Positions 46,529 to 55,919 are shown, counted from the first letter of the stretch. The stretch is DNA of 64,000 bases from Candidatus Thorarchaeota archaeon (GCA_048882045.1 JBHLRZ010000008.1:32001-96000); one strand, 5' to 3'. Program-made: numbers and translations. The notes: generated by a model not told the origin, from the letters alone.

Positions 46529-49166
46529 TTCTTGAAACAAGATTGTCAATGAGATCAAGGATGTAGCCAGTGAATGTATGAGATGAGAAGCTCTCGACAG
46601 GGATCAGATTGGAGTTGAGTCCTTTCAAGAGTCTGAGGTTTGATGTCTGATTTCCATTCTTACCAAGTGTCAACACATCCAATCTGTATCGGTCATGCTT
46701 GGATATGGCGCTTAGGAATGAAACGTGTTCCTCATCATAAGTCCCAACACTATTACTCAAGACGAGAGCGACAGTTGGTCTTTCTGGACCAAAGTCTTCC
46801 AAATACTCGGCGATTGAACGATAAGCTCCAGCCATGCTCTCATAGCCTTCAACTTCGTCTGAAGTATCGATTATCGAATAGATCAATGAAATAAGCACTT
46901 CTTCAGATTTTAGGTCATCATAAAACTCGACATAGGACTGAACTTCCTTCCCCCTCTGAATTGAGAACTTTTCAGGAATTTCATTGAAAGTTACGAGTGC
47001 AAGCCTACCTTCAGTTCTGTTATGAATGAGGATGTTGACTATCATTAAGGCCGCCAGAGCTGCTATTTGCGATCTGGATGCTGTCTTCTTTATACTGTCG
47101 AGGAAAGCTTCGACCTCGGGAACCAACTTGATCAGAGGATTCAATTGCGTTTTAGCCGCATGAATGGTCTTGAGGTTCACATCTTTCGTCTTCATTTTCA
47201 TGCTTTTTGAAATACATAGTACTACATTGATATCTTTGAAGGCTTGCTTCGGTTTGAAGTCTACACCCAAGTCTGACAATCTTCCAACCTGACCGGGTTG
47301 TAGTTGTGGTTTTGAGTACTTCACACCCATAGCAATTGGATTATCCTGTCCTCCGATGAATAGTCTTGTGTCGATTCCAATCAGTACTCCATTTATGGAT
47401 TCACGAATCCCCTTTTCATGTAAATGCATGAACGATGACAATTCCGAGTTACTAGTCACTTGAGGTGAATAGTACGAAAGTACCACTTCCTTTAGATCTG
47501 TTATCTCCCCATCGTATCGTACTAGATTCACTATAGTCGAATTTTTAAAACCAAACAGTAAAGCGTCTGATTCAGAAACAACAATCGACCGCTCTCCACA
47601 CTTCGGATGTTGTCTGGCAACACCCGCACACCATTGCCCGGTGTTAATATCCAGTGCTAGAATATGATCTTCATCAGTTACCTCTAGTGCTTTCATATCT
47701 TCTTCACACATGAAAAATACGCCTGATTCGGACTTGGCGATTTCTACTCCAAAGTGTAGCGCTGATAGTATCTCTGAAGGTCTTTCTATGTGGAGACACG
47801 AAAGTAGAGCCTTATCAAATCTGGTCAAATGAGCTGGAGAACCGAAAATGGGTCCTTCCAACTTCGCGTTTGCACGAATCAATGTGGCAAGAAGAATTCC
47901 ATCTCTTGAAAGAAGACTCTCGGAAAATGCATTCTTCCATCCAGATACCAACACAGAGCCATTCTTCTCGAGTAGTAATGCCAGACTCAAAGCAGTGGGT
48001 GAGGTTGGTCCTTTCAGAGTTAGGACACAACTATCGAGATAGACTTTTCCTCCATCATTTTCGATCATATGGTCGATAGACACAATTCCAAGCATCTTTC
48101 TAGCATCTAATATCTGAAGTATCCTAGCAAGTTCGTTCATTGCAGCCTTTCCTAAACTCTCCTCTGCTACAACTGATGTAGTGTTCTCTTCATATTGAAG
48201 AAACGCTGGACGAGGTGGAAAGATCGAAAGGATGTTTCCGCCCAAAATCCGCTGTATTTCCTCAGGTTCTGCAGCCAAATTTCTGCTGAGTAGATAACTG
48301 AAGACCTCTGATATGCTGTCTCCAAACTGAGTTTCAGGATATGCTGACGAGAAAATCAGTCGTTTTGACCAATCTGCATCGCTTTGTGTTTTCCGCATGT
48401 GCCGAACGAGAGCTGACAAAGAAGAAATTGTTGCACCAGAAGTTAGGACTTTAGAACCTGGAACATCTAAAAGTCGAGTTATGTTCTGTCCCCACTCCTT
48501 TTGATTTTTGGCTCCAAGTACCAAACGTGGAGTCTTCAGACCTGCTTGCTTGAGGAGGACCAACCATTCTAAAAGGGGGTCAAGTTCCTCACTGGGCCCA
48601 AGTTCTATGAATAAAGGTTTGTCTGTCTTGATGTAGTTCAACAAATCTTTCCTATTTGGCCCTTTTAGTGCAACTGGAAGGTCAATGGTTCGTAGCACAC
48701 ATCCCCAACCAACTTCAGTTCTTCTGCCACTTCTCATGTCCTGTAAATGATACACTCGAGGGCTCTGAGGCGGCTGTGTTGCCCACCTGTATACAGAATT
48801 TGCATTAGCGTCCTGTTGCAGTGTAGGGAGAACTGTTTCTCCAAGATTAATCAACGGTTTAATCACGAGATAGTCTGCAATCCAACTTGACTCTGATGAT
48901 GCAGTTGTCCCATGATAGAACTCACTAAGTAATCTTGGTACCCGAAGATAGTCATATGCCCTCCTGGGAAGATATCTGAAAGCTCCTGGATAGAGTGAGG
49001 CGAAATCGTTGAGCTGGTTCTCAACCATTCTATAGAACGAATAAACCCGGTCTGGATCAAAGGTTCGAATATCCTGTCCAGCCCGTACAATACCGAGTTG
49101 AAGGGATGAATCAACAACAACGAAGCGGTGGATCTCATTTGCTTCGATGTCTTCAACTACAATCAT
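46509..49166 (-). CDS. Fusion: inactive amidohydrolase, CDC48-N-like domain, degenerate vWA
   Basis: N-half parallels 49271-50752 but lacks metal ligands; C-half parallels 50794-52110 (NVVLCISKSMKMKTKDV, SRSQIAA). ATG 49166 behind GGAG. Confidence 0.78.
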   Translation of the reverse strand: MIVVEDIEANEIHRFVVVDSSLQLGIVRAGQDIRTFDPDRVYSFYRMVENQLNDFASLYPGAFRYLPRRAYDYLRVPRLLSEFYHGTTASSESSWIADYLVIKPLINLGETVLPTLQQDANANSVYRWATQPPQSPRVYHLQDMRSGRRTEVGWGCVLRTIDLPVALKGPNRKDLLNYIKTDKPLFIELGPSEELDPLLEWLVLLKQAGLKTPRLVLGAKNQKEWGQNITRLLDVPGSKVLTSGATISSLSALVRHMRKTQSDADWSKRLIFSSAYPETQFGDSISEVFSYLLSRNLAAEPEEIQRILGGNILSIFPPRPAFLQYEENTTSVVAEESLGKAAMNELARILQILDARKMLGIVSIDHMIENDGGKVYLDSCVLTLKGPTSPTALSLALLLEKNGSVLVSGWKNAFSESLLSRDGILLATLIRANAKLEGPIFGSPAHLTRFDKALLSCLHIERPSEILSALHFGVEIAKSESGVFFMCEEDMKALEVTDEDHILALDINTGQWCAGVARQHPKCGERSIVVSESDALLFGFKNSTIVNLVRYDGEITDLKEVVLSYYSPQVTSNSELSSFMHLHEKGIRESINGVLIGIDTRLFIGGQDNPIAMGVKYSKPQLQPGQVGRLSDLGVDFKPKQAFKDINVVLCISKSMKMKTKDVNLKTIHAAKTQLNPLIKLVPEVEAFLDSIKKTASRSQIAALAALMIVNILIHNRTEGRLALVTFNEIPEKFSIQRGKEVQSYVEFYDDLKSEEVLISLIYSIIDTSDEVEGYESMAGAYRSIAEYLEDFGPERPTVALVLSNSVGTYDEEHVSFLSAISKHDRYRLDVLTLGKNGNQTSNLRLLKGLNSNLIPVESFSSHTFTGYILDLIDNLVSRTTDLQS

Positions 49167-49270
49167 CCAGTAGGTCTCCAGAGTGTAATGATAGATTGAC
49201 AACAGCATCCGATATATGCCTAGTGCCGATGAAGCAATAGTTTATCACGAATCTCGAATGACCATCAACC

Positions 49271-50752
49271 ATGCTCGTAGTGCGGGCTGTTGAAGATCAA
49301 CCAGGTCGAGGCATCAAGAAAGGAGATGAGTTCAGACTTTATATCGTAGATGCTCATCATCATATGGGTCAGGAGAAGGGTCACAGGAACACACCAGCTG
49401 GAGCATACGATTTCTATGCATCTTTGTGGTTCGAGATTCAAAAACAGACAAAGATTTTGCTAGAAGAGGATTCTCTGTTATTTGAACCAGTCAATATTCA
49501 GGCCCCTGAACTTGCCTCCCGTATCTTTCAAAGCCGTGATAGTTGGAAACGTCTAGATCACGGTTGGCTTGTTGACAGGACTGTCGCTTTTCCGTACACT
49601 GACGATTACTCCTCTCCCGAAGCGCCAGGTGATGCATCATTCAAAGTTTCAAATGACAAGATTGCATCATGGACAACAAGAACACCTCACTCCACTAGAT
49701 TGATTGGTTTCTCTCGTGTGAATCCACTTGAGGGATCCATTGCCATTGATGAGCTTGACAGAAGTGTAAACGAACTAGGATTGAGAGGTCTCAAACTGCA
49801 TCCTCTCGCGCAGCTCTTCATAGATGAGATTGAGGATGATGCCTCCAGGAATATAGTGAAACGAGCTGGAGAGATTGGCATTCCCATCATATTTGACACT
49901 AGAAACATCAAGACAGTTGTGAAAATCAAGCGGCTTGTGGATTCAATGAGAAACGATCCACAGTGCGGTGATGCTTTGAAGGGGCTGAAAGTGATTATCG
50001 CTCATTGTGGAATGTCCCCCGGTGATACACGTCTTTTCGAATCTTTAAAGGATCCTATAATCTACGGCGAAACCTCAACTCTGCATGACAGAGATATTCC
50101 AGTATTGTTTGAAACAGCTAGTGGAAGGTTAGACAAATGGTCTGAGAAATTTCTCTTCGGGACAGATTTTAGTTTCCTCTCGGTTCAGGCACTAGACATA
50201 ATCATGTATATGCTCTCTCGGGACTTTCCAGGGACTTTAGGAGATGCACAGAGAGTTTTAGGTGGGAATGCCTTGTCCTTGCTTCGAAAACCATTCAGGA
50301 CATCCATTGGGAAGTCAGGAGCACCTCGGGAATATTTAATCCGTGATGATTCATGGTTGACACAACGTGGGCTCGAAGATGTCCTGATTGGTCTTTTGAA
50401 AAAAGGTGATTGGAACTTAGGCTCGCTCGACCCAATGATACCACCACTTGGTACTTGGCCGGAGCCACTCCCTGTAAAGGCTGGGGGTACGATTGGCGTC
50501 AGCCAAGAATCATATGTCTTGACGATGATATCTAAGGATAAGACAAAGGAATTCCACATATGGATCAGGAGGCGGTCAGGCAATCTACTCAGTTGTAGTG
50601 TCTTGGCTACACAGGGAATGGTCCAACTTGATACCGTTGAGAATGCCTCTCAAAAGCTAAGCTCTGTTTTGATGCGTGCAGTCGCAGACTATTCAACGAT
50701 CCTTGATTCATCAGATGAACTACAATCTTGTGTTCTGGAACACCTTTCATAG
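49271..50752 (+). CDS. Amidohydrolase_2-family metal-dependent hydrolase with extra C-terminal domain
   Basis: DAHHH, GLKLHP, IIAHCG, FGTDF, LGGNA motifs. Confidence 0.88.
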   Translation: MLVVRAVEDQPGRGIKKGDEFRLYIVDAHHHMGQEKGHRNTPAGAYDFYASLWFEIQKQTKILLEEDSLLFEPVNIQAPELASRIFQSRDSWKRLDHGWLVDRTVAFPYTDDYSSPEAPGDASFKVSNDKIASWTTRTPHSTRLIGFSRVNPLEGSIAIDELDRSVNELGLRGLKLHPLAQLFIDEIEDDASRNIVKRAGEIGIPIIFDTRNIKTVVKIKRLVDSMRNDPQCGDALKGLKVIIAHCGMSPGDTRLFESLKDPIIYGETSTLHDRDIPVLFETASGRLDKWSEKFLFGTDFSFLSVQALDIIMYMLSRDFPGTLGDAQRVLGGNALSLLRKPFRTSIGKSGAPREYLIRDDSWLTQRGLEDVLIGLLKKGDWNLGSLDPMIPPLGTWPEPLPVKAGGTIGVSQESYVLTMISKDKTKEFHIWIRRRSGNLLSCSVLATQGMVQLDTVENASQKLSSVLMRAVADYSTILDSSDELQSCVLEHLS

Positions 50753-50793
50753 CGCGTACTAACAATTCTTTATAACTTCAGAAACAGATTGAC

Positions 50794-52110
50794 TTGTATA
50801 ACACTGAGGAGGCGAAAGCCATCACCAAGCAAATTACCTTGGAGATTATTGACGGTGGAGACCTTAGGGGATTTGCCAATATTCATCCTAAGACCGCTAA
50901 GAAACTTGATGCAGATATTGGATCTATTGTGATATTTGAAGATCCTCAAAGCAGTTTCTGGGGTGCGGCTGAGATCAGAAAGAGTAACGAAATTGGAGAG
51001 GACCAGATAGTTATTGACACACTTGTCCTAGAAGCCTCTTTACTTATGGAAGGCGACGAAGTTGAAGTGACACTATACAATGAAGACATGATTGCCTTAG
51101 AATTCATCGAATTCGGTCTCAAACCATTAGCTGAGGACGCAAATACAGAAGATCTCGTATCTCGAGCGGCAGAGAGGGTGAAGTCCCTTGAGAACATAAT
51201 CGGTGGCCGGTTAGTCTATCCAGGGATGTCTTTCAACTGGCCCGAGCTCGCTGTGAAGGTTGATATCATCAACACAAAACCTCCATTGGCAGGCAAGAGC
51301 TTTGCAAAGCTTGCATTTGAAGCATTACGAGAACGTACTGGATACCAGTTCAAGACAGTTGGTGTTGCCTCCCCCTTTAATGCTGTCCTGTGCATTGACA
51401 CAAGTGGTTCTATGAAGACAACCGATGTCCCTGTACAGGATATTGCTCACGCTCGCGAAGGTCTAAAGGATCTTGCTGGTGACAGTCCTGAGGTCCATGC
51501 ATTCCTCAACAGATTTGAAGAGGGTCGGAATGTCAGCAGAGCCGAAGCCGCAGCAATGGCTGTGTTACTCTACCTCGCAGAGAAGGTTGGTAGGGGTTAT
51601 GGCGAGAAGGTCGGTGTAATTACTTTTGAAAAAGAAGTAAGCGAGATGACATTTCTTAACTCTGAAACTGGTGATGTGCAACCTTTTGTTGAATGTACAG
51701 GTCGGGAGAAAGCTCTCGGCCTTCAGATTATCAGTACTCACGTAGTGGACAAAGTAGAGGAAGGTGGAACACTCACTGATATGGGCTCTGCACTTTCAAA
51801 GGCACATGAGATAATGGAAGAGTTTGGTGATCCAAACAAACCCACTATGCTTATTATGCTCACTGATGGGATGACCACATCAGGCCCTCCACCATTGAAG
51901 GTATTAAAGGACAAATTCACTGATAGAAGTAAGCTTGTTATCTACACAATTGGTCTTGGTGAAAGGAGTGAGATAGACGAAGAGCTAATGCTAGCAATAG
52001 CAACCTATGGAAATGGAAGCTATCGCCATGTCGATAACATGAGAGATCTACTAGAGTGGTATGGTAAGTTGGCTGGTGAATTTGCTGTTGTTATAAGAGG
52101 AGCTGAGTGA
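50794..52110 (+). CDS. CDC48-N-like (double-psi barrel plus CDC48_2) and vWA protein with intact MIDAS
   Basis: RGFANIHPKTAKKL...GDEVEV; GRLVYPG...VDIINTKP; DTSGSM, GT.TD, LTDG, TIGLG motifs. Confidence 0.85.
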   Translation: MYNTEEAKAITKQITLEIIDGGDLRGFANIHPKTAKKLDADIGSIVIFEDPQSSFWGAAEIRKSNEIGEDQIVIDTLVLEASLLMEGDEVEVTLYNEDMIALEFIEFGLKPLAEDANTEDLVSRAAERVKSLENIIGGRLVYPGMSFNWPELAVKVDIINTKPPLAGKSFAKLAFEALRERTGYQFKTVGVASPFNAVLCIDTSGSMKTTDVPVQDIAHAREGLKDLAGDSPEVHAFLNRFEEGRNVSRAEAAAMAVLLYLAEKVGRGYGEKVGVITFEKEVSEMTFLNSETGDVQPFVECTGREKALGLQIISTHVVDKVEEGGTLTDMGSALSKAHEIMEEFGDPNKPTMLIMLTDGMTTSGPPPLKVLKDKFTDRSKLVIYTIGLGERSEIDEELMLAIATYGNGSYRHVDNMRDLLEWYGKLAGEFAVVIRGAE

Positions 52111-52111
52111 T

Positions 52112-53242
52112 TCAGTCACGTGGTTCTAGGGCTTGAGTAAGACCTTTCAAGGTTTCAAGATCCATCTCTTGGATCTGTTCCTCTGGAATACCTTCGAGCA
52201 TCACTTCAGGAATCGTAACCAGAAGTTCTGCTTTCTCCTCTCCGTACTTCTCAATGAATCCCTGCATTCTAGGATCTACTGGTACAGGTTCTGGTTCCAC
52301 TTCTGGCTCTTCTACCTCAGGAGCAGATGCCAGCAGGGCTTCAAGCTCATCTTCACTCAGGGATGAAAGGGTTTCCTCTCCTATTTCTTCTCGGACCTCA
52401 GCTGGCAGTTTCTGAATCAACTTTTCCTTAGTCGTGTCTTTCTTTTTCTTGACCTTCTTGACCTTTCTAACCTTGACAGCTTTCTTCTTCTTCTTTGGTG
52501 TTGCTGAGGGGATTGACACCTTCAATTTCTCTACTAATTCTCTAGCAGTATCTGGAGTAAGTCTTTTGATGTCTTCAGGGGGTAGTGTAGCGATTATCTC
52601 ATCTGGAAGCTCACCCAGTATCTCCTCAACCTCTCCTGTAGCTTTAGGAGCATCCATCACGACTGCTTCGTCCGTCATTAGAATTGGTGCACTCTCTAGC
52701 TCTTCAACCAGAGTTGATACATCAATTTCAATATCGAAACCTTGGTTGCGCCAGTTCATGAATTTCCGAATTGCTGGATCTTTCATTTTGATGTTAGAAA
52801 GGAAATTGTTGATCTCTAATTCCTCCATCTCCGGAAAGTCTTCAACCAGTTTCTCAATGTCCTCCGTTGGAAGTCGTGCCCATAATGGTCCGTTCAAGAG
52901 TTTTGACAATCCAACTGCACAATGGGATCTTACCCATGGGCTCTCGTCCTGAAGTCCTTTGAATAGTACTGGAATGGTTCTAGGTTGATGATAGAATGCC
53001 AAGGCTTGTGCTGCTGCAATACGTACATCTTGTACGTCGTCGGCGAGGGCCTTTGAAACCTCTGTGACCACTTCTGGATCTGCTAGATCAATTGCTGCAA
53101 TGAGAGCTCGTTCTCTGACAAGATCTGAGGTGTCGGAAAATGCCTTAATCAATGCAGTCTTGTCCTTGGCATTTTTCCTCGCGAGTTTTCCAACCTCGTC
53201 TGTTTCGAAATCCAGCAGAAAGCTCCTGATTCTACTACTCAC
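52112..53242 (-). CDS. HEAT/PBS-repeat protein with acidic helical repeats and a polybasic tract
   Basis: D..VR..A repeats three times; KKKKKAVKVRKVKKVKKKK; LP.E repeats. Confidence 0.8.
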   Translation of the reverse strand: MSSRIRSFLLDFETDEVGKLARKNAKDKTALIKAFSDTSDLVRERALIAAIDLADPEVVTEVSKALADDVQDVRIAAAQALAFYHQPRTIPVLFKGLQDESPWVRSHCAVGLSKLLNGPLWARLPTEDIEKLVEDFPEMEELEINNFLSNIKMKDPAIRKFMNWRNQGFDIEIDVSTLVEELESAPILMTDEAVVMDAPKATGEVEEILGELPDEIIATLPPEDIKRLTPDTARELVEKLKVSIPSATPKKKKKAVKVRKVKKVKKKKDTTKEKLIQKLPAEVREEIGEETLSSLSEDELEALLASAPEVEEPEVEPEPVPVDPRMQGFIEKYGEEKAELLVTIPEVMLEGIPEEQIQEMDLETLKGLTQALEPRD

Positions 53243-53439
53243 GGATACTCCTCCAAGACGCGTGCAATTTCGCCCGGATGACTATGGTATTGTGCAGCAC
53301 ACTCTCTTAATAGCCTTAGGTGGGCGAATACTGTCACCCTCTTATATCAGTTGGCACTACATATACAATATTCTCTGATGAACTCAAATTTCGATAAAAA
53401 TCAGGTACCGTTTTAAGTTGCTTCTGGTGCATTCTTGCC

Positions 53440-54243
53440 ATGGACGAAGACAGAGAGATCAAATCGCTGAAGTTGATTATCTTCATGGGACTAAATTTCC
53501 TAATTGTCCTCATGGCGCCACTCTCAGGTGTGTTCTTCACTGGTGAAATGTACCAATTAGTAGGAACTTTGGTCTTCTTCCTAACATTCATTTTGATGTA
53601 TACTCTGACTTGGGTATTTGTTGTCTGGGATGGCGGAAAATCGATCTCTGAATTGGGAATCGATTTCTATGATAACACCTATTCTCACATAATCATTGGA
53701 GCAATTGCTGGTACTGCTGCCTCAGTGCTGGTTGTCGCATTAGCATTATTCGGAGGTGGTCAGCTTAGACCGATTGCAGATATCACTGGCGACTTAATCA
53801 TGAATCAGGTGATTATCACAGTGCCAACAGCACTATTTGAGGAACTCGTTCATCGAGGATACATACTGACTAGGTTGGAAAACCTCTCTGGCCGTAGGAC
53901 TGCAATAATACTCAGTTCAGTATTCTTCTCACTACTTCATTTCAGTTGGTGGGCAAGTCCAGGATTTCCACTTCATCTAATACTCTTGTTCTCTTTCAAT
54001 CTGTTCCTGGGAGGCGTTGCACTCTCTCTAAGTTACTATTGGTCTGGAAGGAGGCTTTGGGTGCCCATCGCATTCCATTTCATGTGGAACATGATTGCCT
54101 ATCCTCTGTTTCCATCTTTCCCAAGGGAAACTGTAGTAATGCCAGAGGTCTTTCAGATTGAATGGGGTGTGACTACTATCCTCGGATTCCTATTCGGTAT
54201 ATCTCTGCTATGGGGACTACTTCAATCGAAAAAGAAAGGGTGA
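53440..54243 (+). CDS. CPBP (Abi/CAAX type II) intramembrane metalloprotease
   Basis: EELVHRG, FSLLH, HFMWN motifs. Confidence 0.9.
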   Translation: MDEDREIKSLKLIIFMGLNFLIVLMAPLSGVFFTGEMYQLVGTLVFFLTFILMYTLTWVFVVWDGGKSISELGIDFYDNTYSHIIIGAIAGTAASVLVVALALFGGGQLRPIADITGDLIMNQVIITVPTALFEELVHRGYILTRLENLSGRRTAIILSSVFFSLLHFSWWASPGFPLHLILLFSFNLFLGGVALSLSYYWSGRRLWVPIAFHFMWNMIAYPLFPSFPRETVVMPEVFQIEWGVTTILGFLFGISLLWGLLQSKKKG

Positions 54244-54270
54244 GAAGGGAGCGGCTTTACCGGCCCCTTC
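54244..54270. terminator. Imperfect hairpin between convergent genes
   Basis: GAAGGG..CGG-CTTTA-CCG..CCCTTC. Confidence 0.5.
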
Positions 54271-54279
54271 TATTGAATC

Positions 54280-54975
54280 TCATTGTTGATCTGAAACTGA
54301 GATGTCATCCGGTCTTCTGACAAGCATTGTCATGCCAGTGATTCCGACTACGGCTACCATCTCTCCAGCCTTGATAGGTGGACCAGTAGTCTTTGCCCAC
54401 CAAATTTCTGCTCCAGTCTTCACTTTGCCCTTGGGATTTATGTCAGTGGTGGCAACAAGATCCGCGTACTTGAACTGCATATAAGTTGGCCACTTGTCAT
54501 AATCTCTAAGGAATGCAAAATACAGGAGCATGAGACAGAAGACACTGCCTGCCATTATGTACACTGTAAGCTGTCTCGTGGGATCAATCATCACGGAAAG
54601 AAATATTGCGACACCATATATTGGGAACAACTTCAACGAAACCTTGGCATCTATGAAGCCGCCTTCTACGAAGCTACTCCCTCCGGTAAACATTGTGAAC
54701 ATTAGATACATGAGTGCAAAGATGATAATCAACATCCAGTCTTGGAATGCAAAACCTGTCAACCAAACCTGGAAGACAAAAAGTATGAGGATGAGCGGAA
54801 CAGTTACCTGTGCCATAGCTTTGCCAGTTGCTGGTTCAAGGGTTAGAACCAGTAGTGTAAGAAGCACTCCTAAAAGTATTAGACCAACGAATGGATTTAT
54901 GAGAAGAAATGGCATGACCATGCTCAACGCTGAAAACATGATCATGATTACCAAAATCTTGATCCACGCGTCCAT
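54280..54975 (-). CDS. NfeD-family membrane protein
   Basis: TM helices plus C-terminal OB domain GKVK.G.EIW.A...I.AGE.V.V..I.G..LV; follows a stomatin gene. Confidence 0.85.
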   Translation of the reverse strand: MDAWIKILVIMIMFSALSMVMPFLLINPFVGLILLGVLLTLLVLTLEPATGKAMAQVTVPLILILFVFQVWLTGFAFQDWMLIIIFALMYLMFTMFTGGSSFVEGGFIDAKVSLKLFPIYGVAIFLSVMIDPTRQLTVYIMAGSVFCLMLLYFAFLRDYDKWPTYMQFKYADLVATTDINPKGKVKTGAEIWWAKTTGPPIKAGEMVAVVGITGMTMLVRRPDDISVSDQQ

Positions 54976-54987
54976 CTTTTTTCCATC

Positions 54988-55827
54988 CTACTCCTCGGCC
55001 ATTCCCTTGTCCTTTGGAACTTTTAACCCGCCCGTTCCAGCTGACATCGCAGCTGCTACACCTGTCGTGACTCCAACCTCTGGAATATTGGTTGGAACCA
55101 TGATAATCAGGTTAGCGTTCTTTGATATCTCTTGCATAATGTTCCATGTACGAAGTACGAATCCTACCTGGGATTCCTCATACCTCTTCGCTGCCTTTAG
55201 CATGTTCTCAGCAGCCTGAAGCTCTGCCTGAGCAAGGATAATTCTAGCTCTGCCCTCTCTGTCAGCTTGTGCTTCTCTACTCATAGCGTCTTGCAATGCA
55301 GCTGGAATGACTACATCACGTATCTCCACACTAGTAACCTTCACTCCCCAGTGCTCTGTCTTCTCATCGATGAGTTCTTGCAGATGTTCTGCGATTTTGT
55401 CCCTCTCGGAGAGAAGTTCATCGAGTGTTACCTTACCGGTGGTCTCTCTCAGTGTTGTCTGTGCACCCAGTTCTACAGCTACTGTGTACCTCTCGACGCT
55501 CAGGATAGCCTTCTCAACATCAATGACTCTAAAGTACATGACCGCATCAACGACAACAGGTACGTTATCCTTTGTCAAAGACCTCTCTGTCTTGAAGGCG
55601 TATGTCAATAACCTCAATGAAACTTTCATAGCAATCTTATCGAGAATGGGAGTGACCCAAATCACACCAGGTCCCCGAATGTGTTTGAATTTTCCGAGTC
55701 TGAGCACAGCAACGCGCTCCCACTCCTTGAGGACTTTAATCCCGCTCGCAACGAACATCAGTACGAAGAATGCGAGTACTACGATCAACATTGTCCATAA
55801 GTATGAATCTAATCCGAATAGTTGCAA
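54988..55827 (-). CDS. Stomatin/SPFH (band 7) protein
   Basis: E.ER..V.RLG, GPG, TKDNV.V.VDAV, AQTTLR, WGVKV..VEI.D, QA.A.RE.RA motifs. Confidence 0.93.
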   Translation of the reverse strand: MQLFGLDSYLWTMLIVVLAFFVLMFVASGIKVLKEWERVAVLRLGKFKHIRGPGVIWVTPILDKIAMKVSLRLLTYAFKTERSLTKDNVPVVVDAVMYFRVIDVEKAILSVERYTVAVELGAQTTLRETTGKVTLDELLSERDKIAEHLQELIDEKTEHWGVKVTSVEIRDVVIPAALQDAMSREAQADREGRARIILAQAELQAAENMLKAAKRYEESQVGFVLRTWNIMQEISKNANLIIMVPTNIPEVGVTTGVAAAMSAGTGGLKVPKDKGMAEE

Positions 55828-55863
55828 TTCTTTTTGACTCCTTCCTTCTACACACGACCCGTG

Positions 55864-55919
55864 CAGACGAAATGATGAACAGAGTCCAAGGACTCCGTTT
55901 CACGTTCATCTTTCGTCTG
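55864..55919 (-). other. Long stem-loop, candidate structured RNA in the 5' region of the stomatin gene
   Basis: Minus strand: CAGACGAAA-GATGAAC-GTGAAA-CGGAGTC-CTTG-GACTCTG-TTCATC-A-TTTCGTCTG. Confidence 0.45.

Noticed and set aside
44004-52110. CDC48/p97 ATPase genes or pseudogenes
   Set aside because: Only the N domain is present, there are no Walker A/B motifs, and the frames are intact and continue into vWA domains.
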